A stretch of DNA of 64,000 bases from Patescibacteria group bacterium. Its GTDB lineage: Bacteria; Patescibacteriota; Microgenomatia; UBA1400; UBA12028. Where the stretch lies: contig DATIJC010000020.1 of the NCBI GenBank assembly GCA_035479015.1, forward strand, positions 4,365 to 68,364. Reading direction: 5' to 3'. The notes below the pieces were generated by a model, which did not search any database, was not told the DNA's origin, and saw only the letters and a program-made list of their open reading frames with translations. Made by a program: the position numbers and the translations under genes. Of the stretch, positions 40,358-49,889 are shown piece after piece. How positions within the stretch are numbered: the first letter of the stretch is position 1; every line of letters begins with the position of its first letter.

Positions 40358-41407
40358 ATGGCTTTTTCCTGGAACTCGCTTCCCAAACCCATCATTGGTC
40401 TATCCGCAATGGATGGTGTGACGGATGCCGCAATGCGGGAGATTACAAAGGAAGTTGGCGGGCCTGACTTCATGGTGACAGAATTTACCAGCGCCGATGG
40501 CATCGTGCACGGAGTCGCTAAACTACTTCGTGATTTTTATTACACTCTCAAACAGCGCCCTATCATCGCGCAAATTTTTGGTACGAACCCAGAAACTTTC
40601 TATAAGACTGCCATCATCTGTGCTTATTTAGGATTTGATGGAATCGATATCAATATGGGCTGTCCAGCCGACTCTATAGCCAAAAAAGGCGGCGGAGCGT
40701 GTCTTATCCAAACACCAGAGCTTGCGCAAAAACTGATTAGAGCAGTACAAACCGGCATTGCTGATTGGGCAAATGGAAAAAGTATCAACGATTTGGGTTT
40801 GCCACCTACCTTTGTAGAATTATTGAAATTGCGCGCCCCTAATCTCCAATCTCTAACCCCTAATCTCTTACCTGTCTCGGTAAAAACTCGTATTGGTTTT
40901 GATAAGCCTGACACAGCTAATTGGCTACCTAGTTTGCTAGAGACCCATCCTGCAGTTATTACCTTGCATGGGCGCACGCTGGAGCAGCAGTATAGCGGCA
41001 AAGCCAACTGGGAAGAGATTGCTAAGGCAGTAGAGATCGCAAAGGGAAGTGGGACGTTGATTTTTGGCAATGGAGATCTGACGTCACAGGAAGTGATACA
41101 TCAGCGTATAAGTGAGAGCGGCGTGGATGGAGTGTGGGTCGCACGAGCCGCGATGGGTAATCCGTGGATATTCACAAATCACAGCCCTACGACACAAGAG
41201 CGCTTTGCAGTAGCGATCAAACACTGTGAAATATTTGAAGAATTTAACCGTACAGTGTTTGCCAGTGACCCTTATCCGTTTTTGAATATGCGCAAACACT
41301 TGGGTTGGTACGTCAAAGACTTTCCCGATGCTGCTCTCATCCGAGCCAAGCTTTTTCAAACAAATAATTCAGTGGAGGTGAAACAAGTACTTGCAGAAGT
41401 GTTGTAG
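40358..41407 (+). CDS. dusB: tRNA-dihydrouridine synthase
   Basis: LSAMDGVTDAAMR...DINMGCP...GGGACL. Confidence 0.9.
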   Translation: MAFSWNSLPKPIIGLSAMDGVTDAAMREITKEVGGPDFMVTEFTSADGIVHGVAKLLRDFYYTLKQRPIIAQIFGTNPETFYKTAIICAYLGFDGIDINMGCPADSIAKKGGGACLIQTPELAQKLIRAVQTGIADWANGKSINDLGLPPTFVELLKLRAPNLQSLTPNLLPVSVKTRIGFDKPDTANWLPSLLETHPAVITLHGRTLEQQYSGKANWEEIAKAVEIAKGSGTLIFGNGDLTSQEVIHQRISESGVDGVWVARAAMGNPWIFTNHSPTTQERFAVAIKHCEIFEEFNRTVFASDPYPFLNMRKHLGWYVKDFPDAALIRAKLFQTNNSVEVKQVLAEVL

Positions 41408-41413
41408 AATCCC

Positions 41414-41752
41414 TTGAAAGGAAAAAATATGTCGGTTTTTAACATCGAATCCCGTGAGCAATTTATCTCAGAAGTATTCCCTGATGGCGTTCCTGCCCTA
41501 CAATCTAGAGATTACTTAAAAGAGAGTGCAATCGACTGGTCTGTTTCACGTAGCAGGTTGTTGAAGACGGCAATCAGAAATGGCGATGAGGAACAAGCAA
41601 AAACAGTTATTCGTGAGTACGCTGCCATCGTTGGTATAGACAGAGCAATACAAGTATTTCTTGAAATTTGGGGAAACGTGGTCACTGAGAACATGGAAGA
41701 TGAACCAATTGTTGAAGACTTAGATACTGGTTTCCCGCCTGCGCGGGAATGA
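41414..41752 (+). CDS. hypothetical protein (112 aa)
   Basis: ORF only. Overlaps the tsaD 3' end convergently. Confidence 0.35.
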   Translation: MKGKNMSVFNIESREQFISEVFPDGVPALQSRDYLKESAIDWSVSRSRLLKTAIRNGDEEQAKTVIREYAAIVGIDRAIQVFLEIWGNVVTENMEDEPIVEDLDTGFPPARE

Positions 41753-42766
41753 AAGATTCGATTGACGATCTAACGTAGAAAAATCTGTAACAAAGTCGTT
41801 GGCCTGGGCCTGAAAATATGCTGCAACGCCAATCATCGCCGCATTATCTGTATACAGTTTTTGTGAGTAGGGAACTAGCAGGGGAATTTTATGGGTACGA
41901 GCAACCGAACGTAGAGCATGGCGCACTTCCCTATTGGCTCCTACTCCCCCGCCCAAAATAATACTTTTCACCTCTTTATCTTTTAGCGCAAATTCAAGTT
42001 TCTCAATCAGGTGTGTGATCGCAGAAGTTTGGAATCCAAGCGCAATATCTGCTATATCTTGTTGTGTTAGTTTGTCGTATTTTTCAATGATGCGGGAAGC
42101 AGCAGTTTTTAAACCTGAAAAACTCATATTAGCGTCTTTGACTTGTCGCATTGGCACTGGAAAAGGAATTTTTCCAACTATTCCTTTGCGGGCCATCAGC
42201 TCTACTAACCTGCCAGCTGGATATCCTAAGCCCAACATGCGACCGACTTTATCAAAGGCTTCGCCCATCGCATCGTCTTGTGTCTGCCCGACGATTTCAT
42301 ACTCCCCAATTGCTTTGGCATACACAAACTCGGTATGACCTCCCGATACCAATACGGCCAATGCTGGAAATTGATCAGCCCATGGCTGACCCGCCTTGGG
42401 CGGGTTTGCAAGAAACGAAAGCAAATGTCCTTCCATATGGTTAACTGCAATCAACGGCTTGTTGTATTTAGTCGCAAGCTCTTTTGCATATGCGATACCA
42501 ATCTCTAATGCTATCGCGAGTCCAGGACCGACCGTCACGGCGATTGCGTCAAGATCGCTAAGATTTACTTTTGCTTTTTTCAATGCTTGCTCTACAACCG
42601 TCGGCAAATTTTGTTCATGCGACAAGCGGGCTAGTCTTGGCACAACACCACCATAAATCTGTAAATCAGAAACCTCGCTAAAACGTATATTTGAACGAAT
42701 AGCTAAGTTTTCGATTACTGCGGCTGCAGTATCATCAAATGAGGTGTCGACAGATAAAATAATCAT
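41720..42766 (-). CDS. tsaD: tRNA N6-adenosine threonylcarbamoyltransferase
   Basis: HMEGHLL ... LVSGGHTEF. Carries an extra NPPKAGQPWAD insert encoded by the 30-nt repeat. Confidence 0.95.
   Translation of the reverse strand: MIILSVDTSFDDTAAAVIENLAIRSNIRFSEVSDLQIYGGVVPRLARLSHEQNLPTVVEQALKKAKVNLSDLDAIAVTVGPGLAIALEIGIAYAKELATKYNKPLIAVNHMEGHLLSFLANPPKAGQPWADQFPALAVLVSGGHTEFVYAKAIGEYEIVGQTQDDAMGEAFDKVGRMLGLGYPAGRLVELMARKGIVGKIPFPVPMRQVKDANMSFSGLKTAASRIIEKYDKLTQQDIADIALGFQTSAITHLIEKLEFALKDKEVKSIILGGGVGANREVRHALRSVARTHKIPLLVPYSQKLYTDNAAMIGVAAYFQAQANDFVTDFSTLDRQSNLSFPRRRETSI
42377..42407. repeat. 30-nt GC-rich palindromic repeat, copy 1, inside tsaD (encodes KAGQPWAD)
   Basis: 28/30 identical to 42779-42809. 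Contains CCCGCC-N3-GGCGGG. Confidence 0.7.
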
Positions 42767-42774
42767 GTTTGTAG

Positions 42775-43851
42775 TTAGTCAGCCCAAGGCTGACCCGCCA
42801 TGGGCGGGTAATTAATTGTAATTTTACGTGAGAACTCCCCAGTGTCTTCTAGGGAAATCCAAATAATCTTTGCTCCTCTACAGAGTTTTTCCAATTCTAT
42901 GGCAAATCGGTCTGCCCACTCTATGGCCAGCACGCAGTTGTTTTCAATATATTTTTTGATACCAATCAGCTCCAGTTCCTTTGCTTCGCTCATCCTCCAT
43001 GTATCGATATGCACGAACAAACTTGGCCGTGACTCGCTCTCAAATCTATACTCACTTGCCATCGTGTAGGTAGGACTAACAACTGGATCCCCTATGGATA
43101 GACCTGCAGCTAAGCCCTTCACAAAGTGCGTCTTCCCAGCCCCCATCTCACCCGTGAGCGCAAAAACGATTGGGGTATATGTATAAAAGGATCGGTACTG
43201 CGTTGCCAAACTTTGCGCCGCAGCAACCGTCTCCTGTACTGAATCCGTTTCAATAATTTGTTTTTTGGCAAACTGGATTTGACCCATTCGCTGTACTTTT
43301 ATGTCATCCAAAGTTGTATCAATTACTGTAGACGGTTCATTGTGCGGCAATTCTCCTGCGTCCAAAACGAGATCAATGAGATCCTTTTGTGATCGTGAAA
43401 TTGCCGTGAAAATATCGCTAATAGTGTACGGGCGCTTTTGATTGGAGGCATTAGCCCCGGTAGCAGTTATTCCGTGTCCAAATTTAGAAATAATCTCTAA
43501 AATTAGTGGGTACTTAGGGATACGGATCCCCAGCGTACCACCAGTAATTTTGTGTGAAACTACGGTCACCGGACCTGGTAAAAACGTCTGGTAGACATTG
43601 AGTGCAGTATCATTGAGCTCCACATACTTTTGGGCCATCCGGACATCGGATACAGCCACAGAAATTGGTTTATTATTGCGCTTCCCTTTATAGTCCAAGA
43701 GTCTTTGCATCGCGGCTGGATTTTCACAATCCGCCCCTATGCCATAGGTAGTTTCGGTGGGGTACACTACAAGACCGCCAGCTTGTAATACAGCTACGAT
43801 TTTCTTAATCACTTCTTCTTTTGAGATTTTTCCCAGGTCCAGTATTTCCAT
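42775..43851 (-). CDS. tsaC: fused L-threonylcarbamoyladenylate synthase (TsaC/YrdC domain) and TsaE (YjeE P-loop) protein
   Basis: N-terminal half VVYPTETTYGIGAD is a YrdC domain. C-terminal half LTGEMGAGKTHFVKG...SPTYTM...HIDTWR is TsaE. The C-terminus ...MAGQPWAD comes from the repeat. Confidence 0.8.
   Translation of the reverse strand: MEILDLGKISKEEVIKKIVAVLQAGGLVVYPTETTYGIGADCENPAAMQRLLDYKGKRNNKPISVAVSDVRMAQKYVELNDTALNVYQTFLPGPVTVVSHKITGGTLGIRIPKYPLILEIISKFGHGITATGANASNQKRPYTISDIFTAISRSQKDLIDLVLDAGELPHNEPSTVIDTTLDDIKVQRMGQIQFAKKQIIETDSVQETVAAAQSLATQYRSFYTYTPIVFALTGEMGAGKTHFVKGLAAGLSIGDPVVSPTYTMASEYRFESESRPSLFVHIDTWRMSEAKELELIGIKKYIENNCVLAIEWADRFAIELEKLCRGAKIIWISLEDTGEFSRKITINYPPMAGQPWAD
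42779..42809. repeat. 30-nt GC-rich palindromic repeat, copy 2, forming the last 8 codons and stop region of tsaC/tsaE
   Basis: Seen directly. Confidence 0.7.
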
Positions 43852-43876
43852 ACCCCTGGTATTATACCCGACTTAC

Positions 43877-44086
43877 CTACTTTTTCCGTAGAGTCTCGAC
43901 AATAGAGGGCGGCATACTGCCATACAGGGAAAGGCAACAAGTTACCAAGAAGATGAGCATCCGCTTATTGCTTAACTTTTCGGTCTTTTCCAACAAATGC
44001 GGGGCAATCTCTTTTTCCCGTCCAGGAGCGCTGTCAAAATCTTCGACGTTTTCAAATTCAGGGATTTTCATTTTCTTTGTCCTCAA
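43877..44086 (-). CDS. hypothetical small protein
   Basis: ORF only. Confidence 0.25.
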   Translation of the reverse strand: MRTKKMKIPEFENVEDFDSAPGREKEIAPHLLEKTEKLSNKRMLIFLVTCCLSLYGSMPPSIVETLRKK

Positions 44087-44087
44087 G

Positions 44088-44161
44088 TGGACCCGAGAGG
44101 AGTCGAACCTCTGACCTCATCAATGTGAATGATGCGCTCTAACCAACTGAGCTACGAGTCC
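44088..44161 (-). tRNA. tRNA-Val (anticodon CAC)
   Basis: Reverse-complement GGACTCG...TTCACAT loop...AGAGGTTCGACTCCTCT...CGGGTCC-A. Confidence 0.85.
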
Positions 44162-44181
44162 AAGAATGCTATTATATCAGG

Positions 44182-44523
44182 ATGAAGGCGGCTATTGTTG
44201 AAGATTTCCCCGATTGGAAAGAAAAGATAACCAAAGAACTAGAATCTCATGGGATTAATGTTGTGGCAAAAGCTACCACAAAGGCTCAAGGAATTCAGTT
44301 GGTTTCTCAGCTTCAAAAATTGGGTGTTCAAGTGCTCATACTCGATGGGGCACTCGATCAAAGTAGTGATGACGGAAACGAGATAGGTAAACTGTGTAAA
44401 CAAATTGCGCCCGATGTTTTACGGGTTGGGATGTCGCGATACCCAGATGGGGTGACCGAGGTGGATATTGTTGTTGGAAAAGAGAATTTAAATGAACTGG
44501 CCGAAACAATTCTCTCGTTTTAA
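44182..44523 (+). CDS. receiver (REC)-like single-domain protein, degenerate
   Basis: AAIVEDFPD ... VQVLILDG ... secondary-structure pattern of a CheY fold. Confidence 0.4.
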   Translation: MKAAIVEDFPDWKEKITKELESHGINVVAKATTKAQGIQLVSQLQKLGVQVLILDGALDQSSDDGNEIGKLCKQIAPDVLRVGMSRYPDGVTEVDIVVGKENLNELAETILSF

Positions 44524-44617
44524 GATTTTGCCATCCAAGAATGGAATTTGTCGTACAACATTCAATTTCAGGCACTCGACTCTAGGGTGAGATATAAGGA
44601 TTTCTTATAGTTCGAAA

Positions 44618-44863
44618 TTAGAGCAAGGGAGACTCATTTCCTTCCTCGTCAACAAAAGACCAGTTTTCAGTAGTCATTAATCGAGTCATCATATCCATAA
44701 CCATCTTTTCTACTAATTCTGGAGGATAATGTTCACTCATCCTCTCCATTACGGTTGAAAGCGACTCCGGGTCATGACTTCTCAAGGCGATTTTAAGTAA
44801 ACGTGATGTATCCGCTTCCCATTGAAAATTGTCCTTCCCTGGGTACCATTGTTCCTCAGCCAT
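44618..44863 (-). CDS. hypothetical small protein
   Basis: ORF only. Confidence 0.3.
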   Translation of the reverse strand: MAEEQWYPGKDNFQWEADTSRLLKIALRSHDPESLSTVMERMSEHYPPELVEKMVMDMMTRLMTTENWSFVDEEGNESPLL

Positions 44864-44963
44864 ATTTTTCTCCTATTTTTGTGCATTCTATCATCCAAAC
44901 TAACAACAGCTCAACGTGCTACTCTACTGAGAGTATTTACAAGTAAAGAGGTGTTTTCTGTAT

Positions 44964-45617
44964 TTGGCGGGATCGGGTCCACATTCCCCACCCTTGCTTT
45001 CGGCACTATACCCAGTAGAATTATTGCTTATGGAAGAAACCTCAATTGCCCATCGAATTGGTGCATTTTTTTTGGACATGATCGAGACAATCGTCATCGC
45101 TCTCTCCATCTTTCTCGTCATCTACCTCTTTTTAATGCAACCTCACCAGGTGAGCGGCCTCTCTATGTTCCCAACCTACCATGATAAAGAGTACCTATTA
45201 ACTGACAAAGTTTCTTATAAATTCGGCAATCCGAAGCGTGGCGACGTGGTTGTGTTTCACGCTCCACCGGCCGCAAATTGTCCCGCCGGAACCGGTTGTG
45301 ACTTCATCAAACGCGTGATTGGTCTACCTGGCGAAACTCTAGAGATCAAAGACCACGCCTGGTACATTAATGGCAAACAGTTGCCTGAACCTTATATTCC
45401 TCCCGAGAACATATTAAATGATGGTGCCTTCACAGAAGGGCGTGCCGTCACCCTAGGACCCGATGAATATTTAGTAATAGGAGATAACCGTCCTCACAGT
45501 AGTGACGGCCGCGTCTGGGGTCCAATCACCAAAGAGGAGATTGTTGGGAGAGTATTCTTCCGTTACTTCCCATTTAATCGGGCTGGCCTTACAGCGCCCG
45601 TAACGTATCCGTTTTAG
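44964..45617 (+). CDS. lepB: signal peptidase I (likely start at the internal Met near 45030)
   Basis: S26 boxes SGLSMFPT, GDVVVF, IKRVIGLPGETL, VIGDNRPHSSDGRVWG. Confidence 0.85.
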   Translation: MAGSGPHSPPLLSALYPVELLLMEETSIAHRIGAFFLDMIETIVIALSIFLVIYLFLMQPHQVSGLSMFPTYHDKEYLLTDKVSYKFGNPKRGDVVVFHAPPAANCPAGTGCDFIKRVIGLPGETLEIKDHAWYINGKQLPEPYIPPENILNDGAFTEGRAVTLGPDEYLVIGDNRPHSSDGRVWGPITKEEIVGRVFFRYFPFNRAGLTAPVTYPF

Positions 45618-46509
45618 GTTCTTCCGGTTTTCCTATGGAAAGCAGTTTATTAAGCACTGGCTGCGTCTCTTCGGGTGAGCCTTTTAGGAGAATAGTTACG
45701 CGGGTTTGTGAGCGTGACCTGGTGAGTTTCACCAGTGACTTACTTCCAAATGAATTCTGCAGTTTTGCTTGCCACGAATCGATTTGGTCAGACACCATAA
45801 ATGCCGTCTTGTACTGTCCTGACTGCGTTTGTTTGGGTGCTGCTTGTTCCTTCATGCGCCGCGCCAAGTCTTCTGCTCGACGCACTGAGCCATCTTCACG
45901 CAATAGTGTTTTGTACGCTTCTACCATCAGCTTTGTGTCTTCTATGGCCGATAACGCACGCGCATGACCTTCTGTAATCGCCCCACTCAACAAACCATCT
46001 TTTATCGCATCGGGTAGCGTCAGCATGCGTATTGAATTAGATACATACGCCTGAGATTTTCCAATTCTCTCTGCTACCAAACCCACCGTTAATCCAAACT
46101 CATGAAGTAATCTATCAAATGCTTTTGCGCGGTCTAGCACATGTAGATTTACGCGCTGCACATTTTCAATGAGTGCCATCTCCAACATTCCTTTTGGACT
46201 GGTTTCAAGAATCATTGCCGGTACTTCTTTTAGACCAGCGAGTTTTGCTGCTCTCCAACGGCGTTCTCCCGCAATTATCTGATATCCCGCCGGCGTGTGA
46301 GCTACCACCAATGGTTCCAAGACACCATGCAGCTGAATAGATTGCATTAGGTCATCCAGTTCTTCCTTATCCATACTTGCTCGCGGCTGTAGCGGGTTTG
46401 GTTCCAAACTATTGATAGGAAGGTGTTGGATTTGTGATTGAATAGTATCTGGCATAGTGTGCACACTGTACAATACAGGCATGCCTTCTGCAACCCTCCG
46501 TAATTTCAC
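45589..46509 (-). CDS. parB: ParB/Spo0J-like partition protein
   Basis: GVLEPLVVAHTPAGYQIIAGERRWRAAKLAGL (ParB box) and a downstream HTH. Confidence 0.85.
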   Translation of the reverse strand: MKLRRVAEGMPVLYSVHTMPDTIQSQIQHLPINSLEPNPLQPRASMDKEELDDLMQSIQLHGVLEPLVVAHTPAGYQIIAGERRWRAAKLAGLKEVPAMILETSPKGMLEMALIENVQRVNLHVLDRAKAFDRLLHEFGLTVGLVAERIGKSQAYVSNSIRMLTLPDAIKDGLLSGAITEGHARALSAIEDTKLMVEAYKTLLREDGSVRRAEDLARRMKEQAAPKQTQSGQYKTAFMVSDQIDSWQAKLQNSFGSKSLVKLTRSRSQTRVTILLKGSPEETQPVLNKLLSIGKPEEPKTDTLRAL

Positions 46510-47158
46510 GGTTTCCTACCACGATAAACTTGAGTACGATACACTGGTCAATGAGATTTTCAAAAAAAACGAATATTACGTTGATCTTGAAAACCCGGAA
46601 CCCGTAATCATTGATTGTGGAGCCCACATTGGACTGACTTCTCTCTACCTACTTTCGTTATATCCAAAGGCGAAAATCACCGCAATTGAACCTAATCCTG
46701 CAAACCTAGCACTACTTCGTGAAAACATTAGTCAAAATGGATTTGAATCTCAGGTAAACATCCTGCCCAAGGCACTCGCGAGTTTTGAGGGTAAGGTGCC
46801 TTTATTTGTCAATCCAAATTGGGGAGTTTTTTCATCTCTGAAAAAAGGCGGTTGGACCGGCGAGCATGCGCCAAATTCAGTGCCAATAGAGACTATCAAA
46901 TTCTCATCGCTTCTAGATAAACCAATTGATTTTGTCAAAATGGATATCGAGGGCCTAGAACTGGAAGTGCTACGGGAAGCAGGTCCAAAGTTGAAACTCA
47001 TTTCCCACCTAACCCTAGAATTTCATGAAACCAAAAAACAAAAAGTAGATACGCTGGTAAAACTACTCCAGCAGTTTTTTAAATCGGTAGAAGTGGAAAA
47101 GGACGATAGACGGGAGAAAGATAAAGCCAATCAGCTGTATTTAGTTACCGCACATTAA
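46457..47158 (+). CDS. FkbM-family SAM-dependent methyltransferase
   Basis: IIDCGAHIG ... [15 protein letters not shown]. Confidence 0.7.
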   Translation: MCTLYNTGMPSATLRNFTVSYHDKLEYDTLVNEIFKKNEYYVDLENPEPVIIDCGAHIGLTSLYLLSLYPKAKITAIEPNPANLALLRENISQNGFESQVNILPKALASFEGKVPLFVNPNWGVFSSLKKGGWTGEHAPNSVPIETIKFSSLLDKPIDFVKMDIEGLELEVLREAGPKLKLISHLTLEFHETKKQKVDTLVKLLQQFFKSVEVEKDDRREKDKANQLYLVTAH

Positions 47159-47390
47159 CGAGCGTGCGGCCGAGGCGCTTGGAGAAGGCGACTACTCCGT
47201 CCATCATGGCGAAAATTGTGTGATCACGACCCAAACCCACACCTTTTCCTGGTTTGTATTTTGTCCCATGTTGGCGGACAATAATTTGACCAGTTTTCAC
47301 GGCTTGATTCCCGGATTTCTTCAGTCCGAGTCGTTTGCCATGACGCTGATGATGTTGTCTGGTGGAACCACCAGCTTTAACGTGTGACAT
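47145..47390 (-). CDS. rpmA: 50S ribosomal protein L27
   Basis: KAGGSTRQ...IIVRQHGTK...GRDHTIFA. Confidence 0.9.
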   Translation of the reverse strand: MSHVKAGGSTRQHHQRHGKRLGLKKSGNQAVKTGQIIVRQHGTKYKPGKGVGLGRDHTIFAMMDGVVAFSKRLGRTLVNVR

Positions 47391-48510
47391 ATTCTAAAAC
47401 AAATATTTGTCGTTTTACGATCGTATCTGGACGATCATACACAAATACAGAACTCGTAGTATATCCAATATCCTTTACCCTGTCAATGACGCTCTCGAGA
47501 GAAAAACGCTGTCTCCCTGTTTCCTCTATCAGAGGCAGGGCGATGCATATCTTTCCGCCGTCTTTGAGAATTTTGGTCCACTGCTTAAATGTCCCTATGT
47601 AAAGTTTTTCCAAACCTTTAAATATTCCTGGGAGTGCGCCTTTTGCTGGTGTTTGTGGTCCCAATAAGCCTTCTACGACGATTGCATCTACCTGCCCTCC
47701 AAGCTGCTCAACAGTCACATGTGTTGCATCGGCACAGAAAACTAACGCATCATTTGACAAGTGATACTCATCTTTGAGCCATTTGGTATTAGCGCTAGCC
47801 TGGTCGGCAGCTTCTTGTCGGATATCCGACCCGATTGCAGTCATATCTAGCGTCATTGCCTCCAAAAGCACTGTACCCGTTCCACACATAGGATCGTACA
47901 CACGTAAGTTGGGTTTTCCGCCGGTAGCAAGATTTAACATCATTCGTGCGAGCTTAGGTGGCAACATCCCACGTTTGCGGTCAGACTCAGGCTTGCGCCG
48001 GTCCCGCAGCGTCCATTGATCAATATTTTGCACACCTATCGTGTACGCAAAAGTGACCATATCCTCTGAGAAAACCAACCAAACCTCTTCCACGTTTTGA
48101 TGAAGCAGGACACTGGCAGACAATCCTTCACGGGGTGATTCCACAAATCTCCCACGTATATCTGACTCTGAGAGCTTTTCTTTGATAGCAGCGAGGTCCA
48201 CACTGGGGACATTTGTACGGCCAAATTCAGCGACACCAAAGGAAATCTTTGTTTGTCCCGCGGTTACTAATCCCTGCAGCACCTCTGTCACTTGGTTGAT
48301 CAAGTCACTTTCATCCAGAACGGGTATTTTTTTGACTACTTGAGCCACTTTGATGCTACCGCCTAGAGCATTCTGCAGTTCAATTGCTTCTTTATCTCCT
48401 GGTAGTTCTACCACGGCAACATTGGACAATAGTAATGTAGCAGGACACAGAGCCTGTAGCTCAGCAAACGACAGGTCGGCGAGCCGGCCTAATAAAAAGA
48501 GGAATTGCAT
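47377..48510 (-). CDS. putative RNA methyltransferase (UPF0020/THUMP-associated class I MTase) located between rplU and rpmA
   Basis: Motif [16 protein letters not shown]. No clear NPPY. Confidence 0.5.
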   Translation of the reverse strand: MQFLFLLGRLADLSFAELQALCPATLLLSNVAVVELPGDKEAIELQNALGGSIKVAQVVKKIPVLDESDLINQVTEVLQGLVTAGQTKISFGVAEFGRTNVPSVDLAAIKEKLSESDIRGRFVESPREGLSASVLLHQNVEEVWLVFSEDMVTFAYTIGVQNIDQWTLRDRRKPESDRKRGMLPPKLARMMLNLATGGKPNLRVYDPMCGTGTVLLEAMTLDMTAIGSDIRQEAADQASANTKWLKDEYHLSNDALVFCADATHVTVEQLGGQVDAIVVEGLLGPQTPAKGALPGIFKGLEKLYIGTFKQWTKILKDGGKICIALPLIEETGRQRFSLESVIDRVKDIGYTTSSVFVYDRPDTIVKRQIFVLEYVTR

Positions 48511-48516
48511 AGAAGT

Positions 48517-48828
48517 TTATTGTATCGCGGTTATCTCAATGGTGGACAGTGACTGTCGGTGACCATGAACCTTACGGAATCTTGACTTGGCTTTAAAGAC
48601 TGCGACGCGGATCTTGTCACCTTTTTCGTCAGAAATGAGTTTGGCTTCAACCTTTGCATCCTCGACTAATGGGGTTCCGATTTGGCGTTTCTCTCCATCG
48701 ACAACCAAAAGGACGTCTTTTATCGTAAGTTTCTCACCTACGTCTTGGGGCAAACGGTCGATTGTGAGCTTCTCGCCTTCAGAGACGACATGCTGTTTAC
48801 CATTAATCGCTATAACTGCGTATTTCAT
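48517..48828 (-). CDS. rplU: 50S ribosomal protein L21 (start taken at MKYAVIAINGKQ)
   Basis: YAVI..GKQ..V.EG block and a basic C-terminus. Confidence 0.85.
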   Translation of the reverse strand: MKYAVIAINGKQHVVSEGEKLTIDRLPQDVGEKLTIKDVLLVVDGEKRQIGTPLVEDAKVEAKLISDEKGDKIRVAVFKAKSRFRKVHGHRQSLSTIEITAIQ

Positions 48829-49889
48829 AGAGTGGTAGTATACCAGATCAGACGCATTGTGTGAAGCCGCATGATAAGCCCTAAACCGATACACGTAGCC
48901 AGAAAAGAGCTGCCCCCAGCTGAAAGAAGGGGCAAAGGAATTCCTGTTACGGGAAAAAGACGCATATCCATACCCGCGTGAATAATGGCTTGAAATAGAA
49001 TCGAAGTACCTATCCCAATGATAGCCAGACGTGCAAAGGGATCCAGAGATTGAGTACCTCGCAAAGCCAAAATACCCAAGAATGTATATCCCAGTAGCAC
49101 AATCGCTCCACCTACAAATCCAGTCTCTTCTACCATGGATGCAAAAAAGAAGTCAGTCTGGCGCTCTGGCAAAAACCGTAGTTGCGATTGGATACCATGC
49201 CCCAGACCCCTGCCCTCCAGTTTGCCAGAACCCACAGCGATCATTGCCTGCTGGGCATTGTAACCTGAGGAGCGTATCGCATCATTTGGATGGGCAAACG
49301 CGAGAATGCGCTGTTTTTGATAGGGATACAGCGCAAAATTCCAAATAAGAAGTACCCCCAGTGTTCCCAACACTATCCAAGGAAGTAACAAACGTAACTT
49401 TTCAATGGCAAAAAACAGAATTGATGCCGACACAGCAGTCAAAACCATCGCACTTCCAAAGTCTGGTTGCAAGAATACCGGTATGCAAAAGGCGAGCGTA
49501 AGTAGGAAATAGACAAATACCCGCCGCTGGGTACGCAACGGATACTTGCGGACGAAGTACGCCAAAAGTAGAGCTAAAGTCGGCTTGGCAAATTCAGAAG
49601 GTTGCACGGATATCTGGCCAAGGGTAAGCCAACGGACCGAGCCCTTCGCATTCCTGCCAGCAATCATGGTGAGCATGAGTAGAACGAATATGATTCCAGC
49701 CACACCGGGAGCCAGCCTCTTAAAAAACTGCGGATCCGGTATCTGCAAACCTAAAAAAACTAACCCTGAAAAAAGTGCTGCTACAGCTTGAGCTTTTACT
49801 TCGTTGCTGGCTACGCTCGCAAGCACAGTGACAGAGAATATACCGAATAATATGATGAGGATGAGTGTAAACAATACTCGAAATCTCAT
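48825..49889 (-). CDS. SEDS-family peptidoglycan glycosyltransferase (RodA/FtsW-like)
   Basis: About 10 TM helices. GSAMVL... and a C-terminal SEDS block. Confidence 0.75.
   Translation of the reverse strand: MRFRVLFTLILIILFGIFSVTVLASVASNEVKAQAVAALFSGLVFLGLQIPDPQFFKRLAPGVAGIIFVLLMLTMIAGRNAKGSVRWLTLGQISVQPSEFAKPTLALLLAYFVRKYPLRTQRRVFVYFLLTLAFCIPVFLQPDFGSAMVLTAVSASILFFAIEKLRLLLPWIVLGTLGVLLIWNFALYPYQKQRILAFAHPNDAIRSSGYNAQQAMIAVGSGKLEGRGLGHGIQSQLRFLPERQTDFFFASMVEETGFVGGAIVLLGYTFLGILALRGTQSLDPFARLAIIGIGTSILFQAIIHAGMDMRLFPVTGIPLPLLSAGGSSFLATCIGLGLIMRLHTMRLIWYTTTL

Noticed and set aside
40246-40503. 85-aa minus-strand ORF across the 38565 gene end and dusB start
   Set aside because: Antisense to two better-supported genes. 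Spurious.
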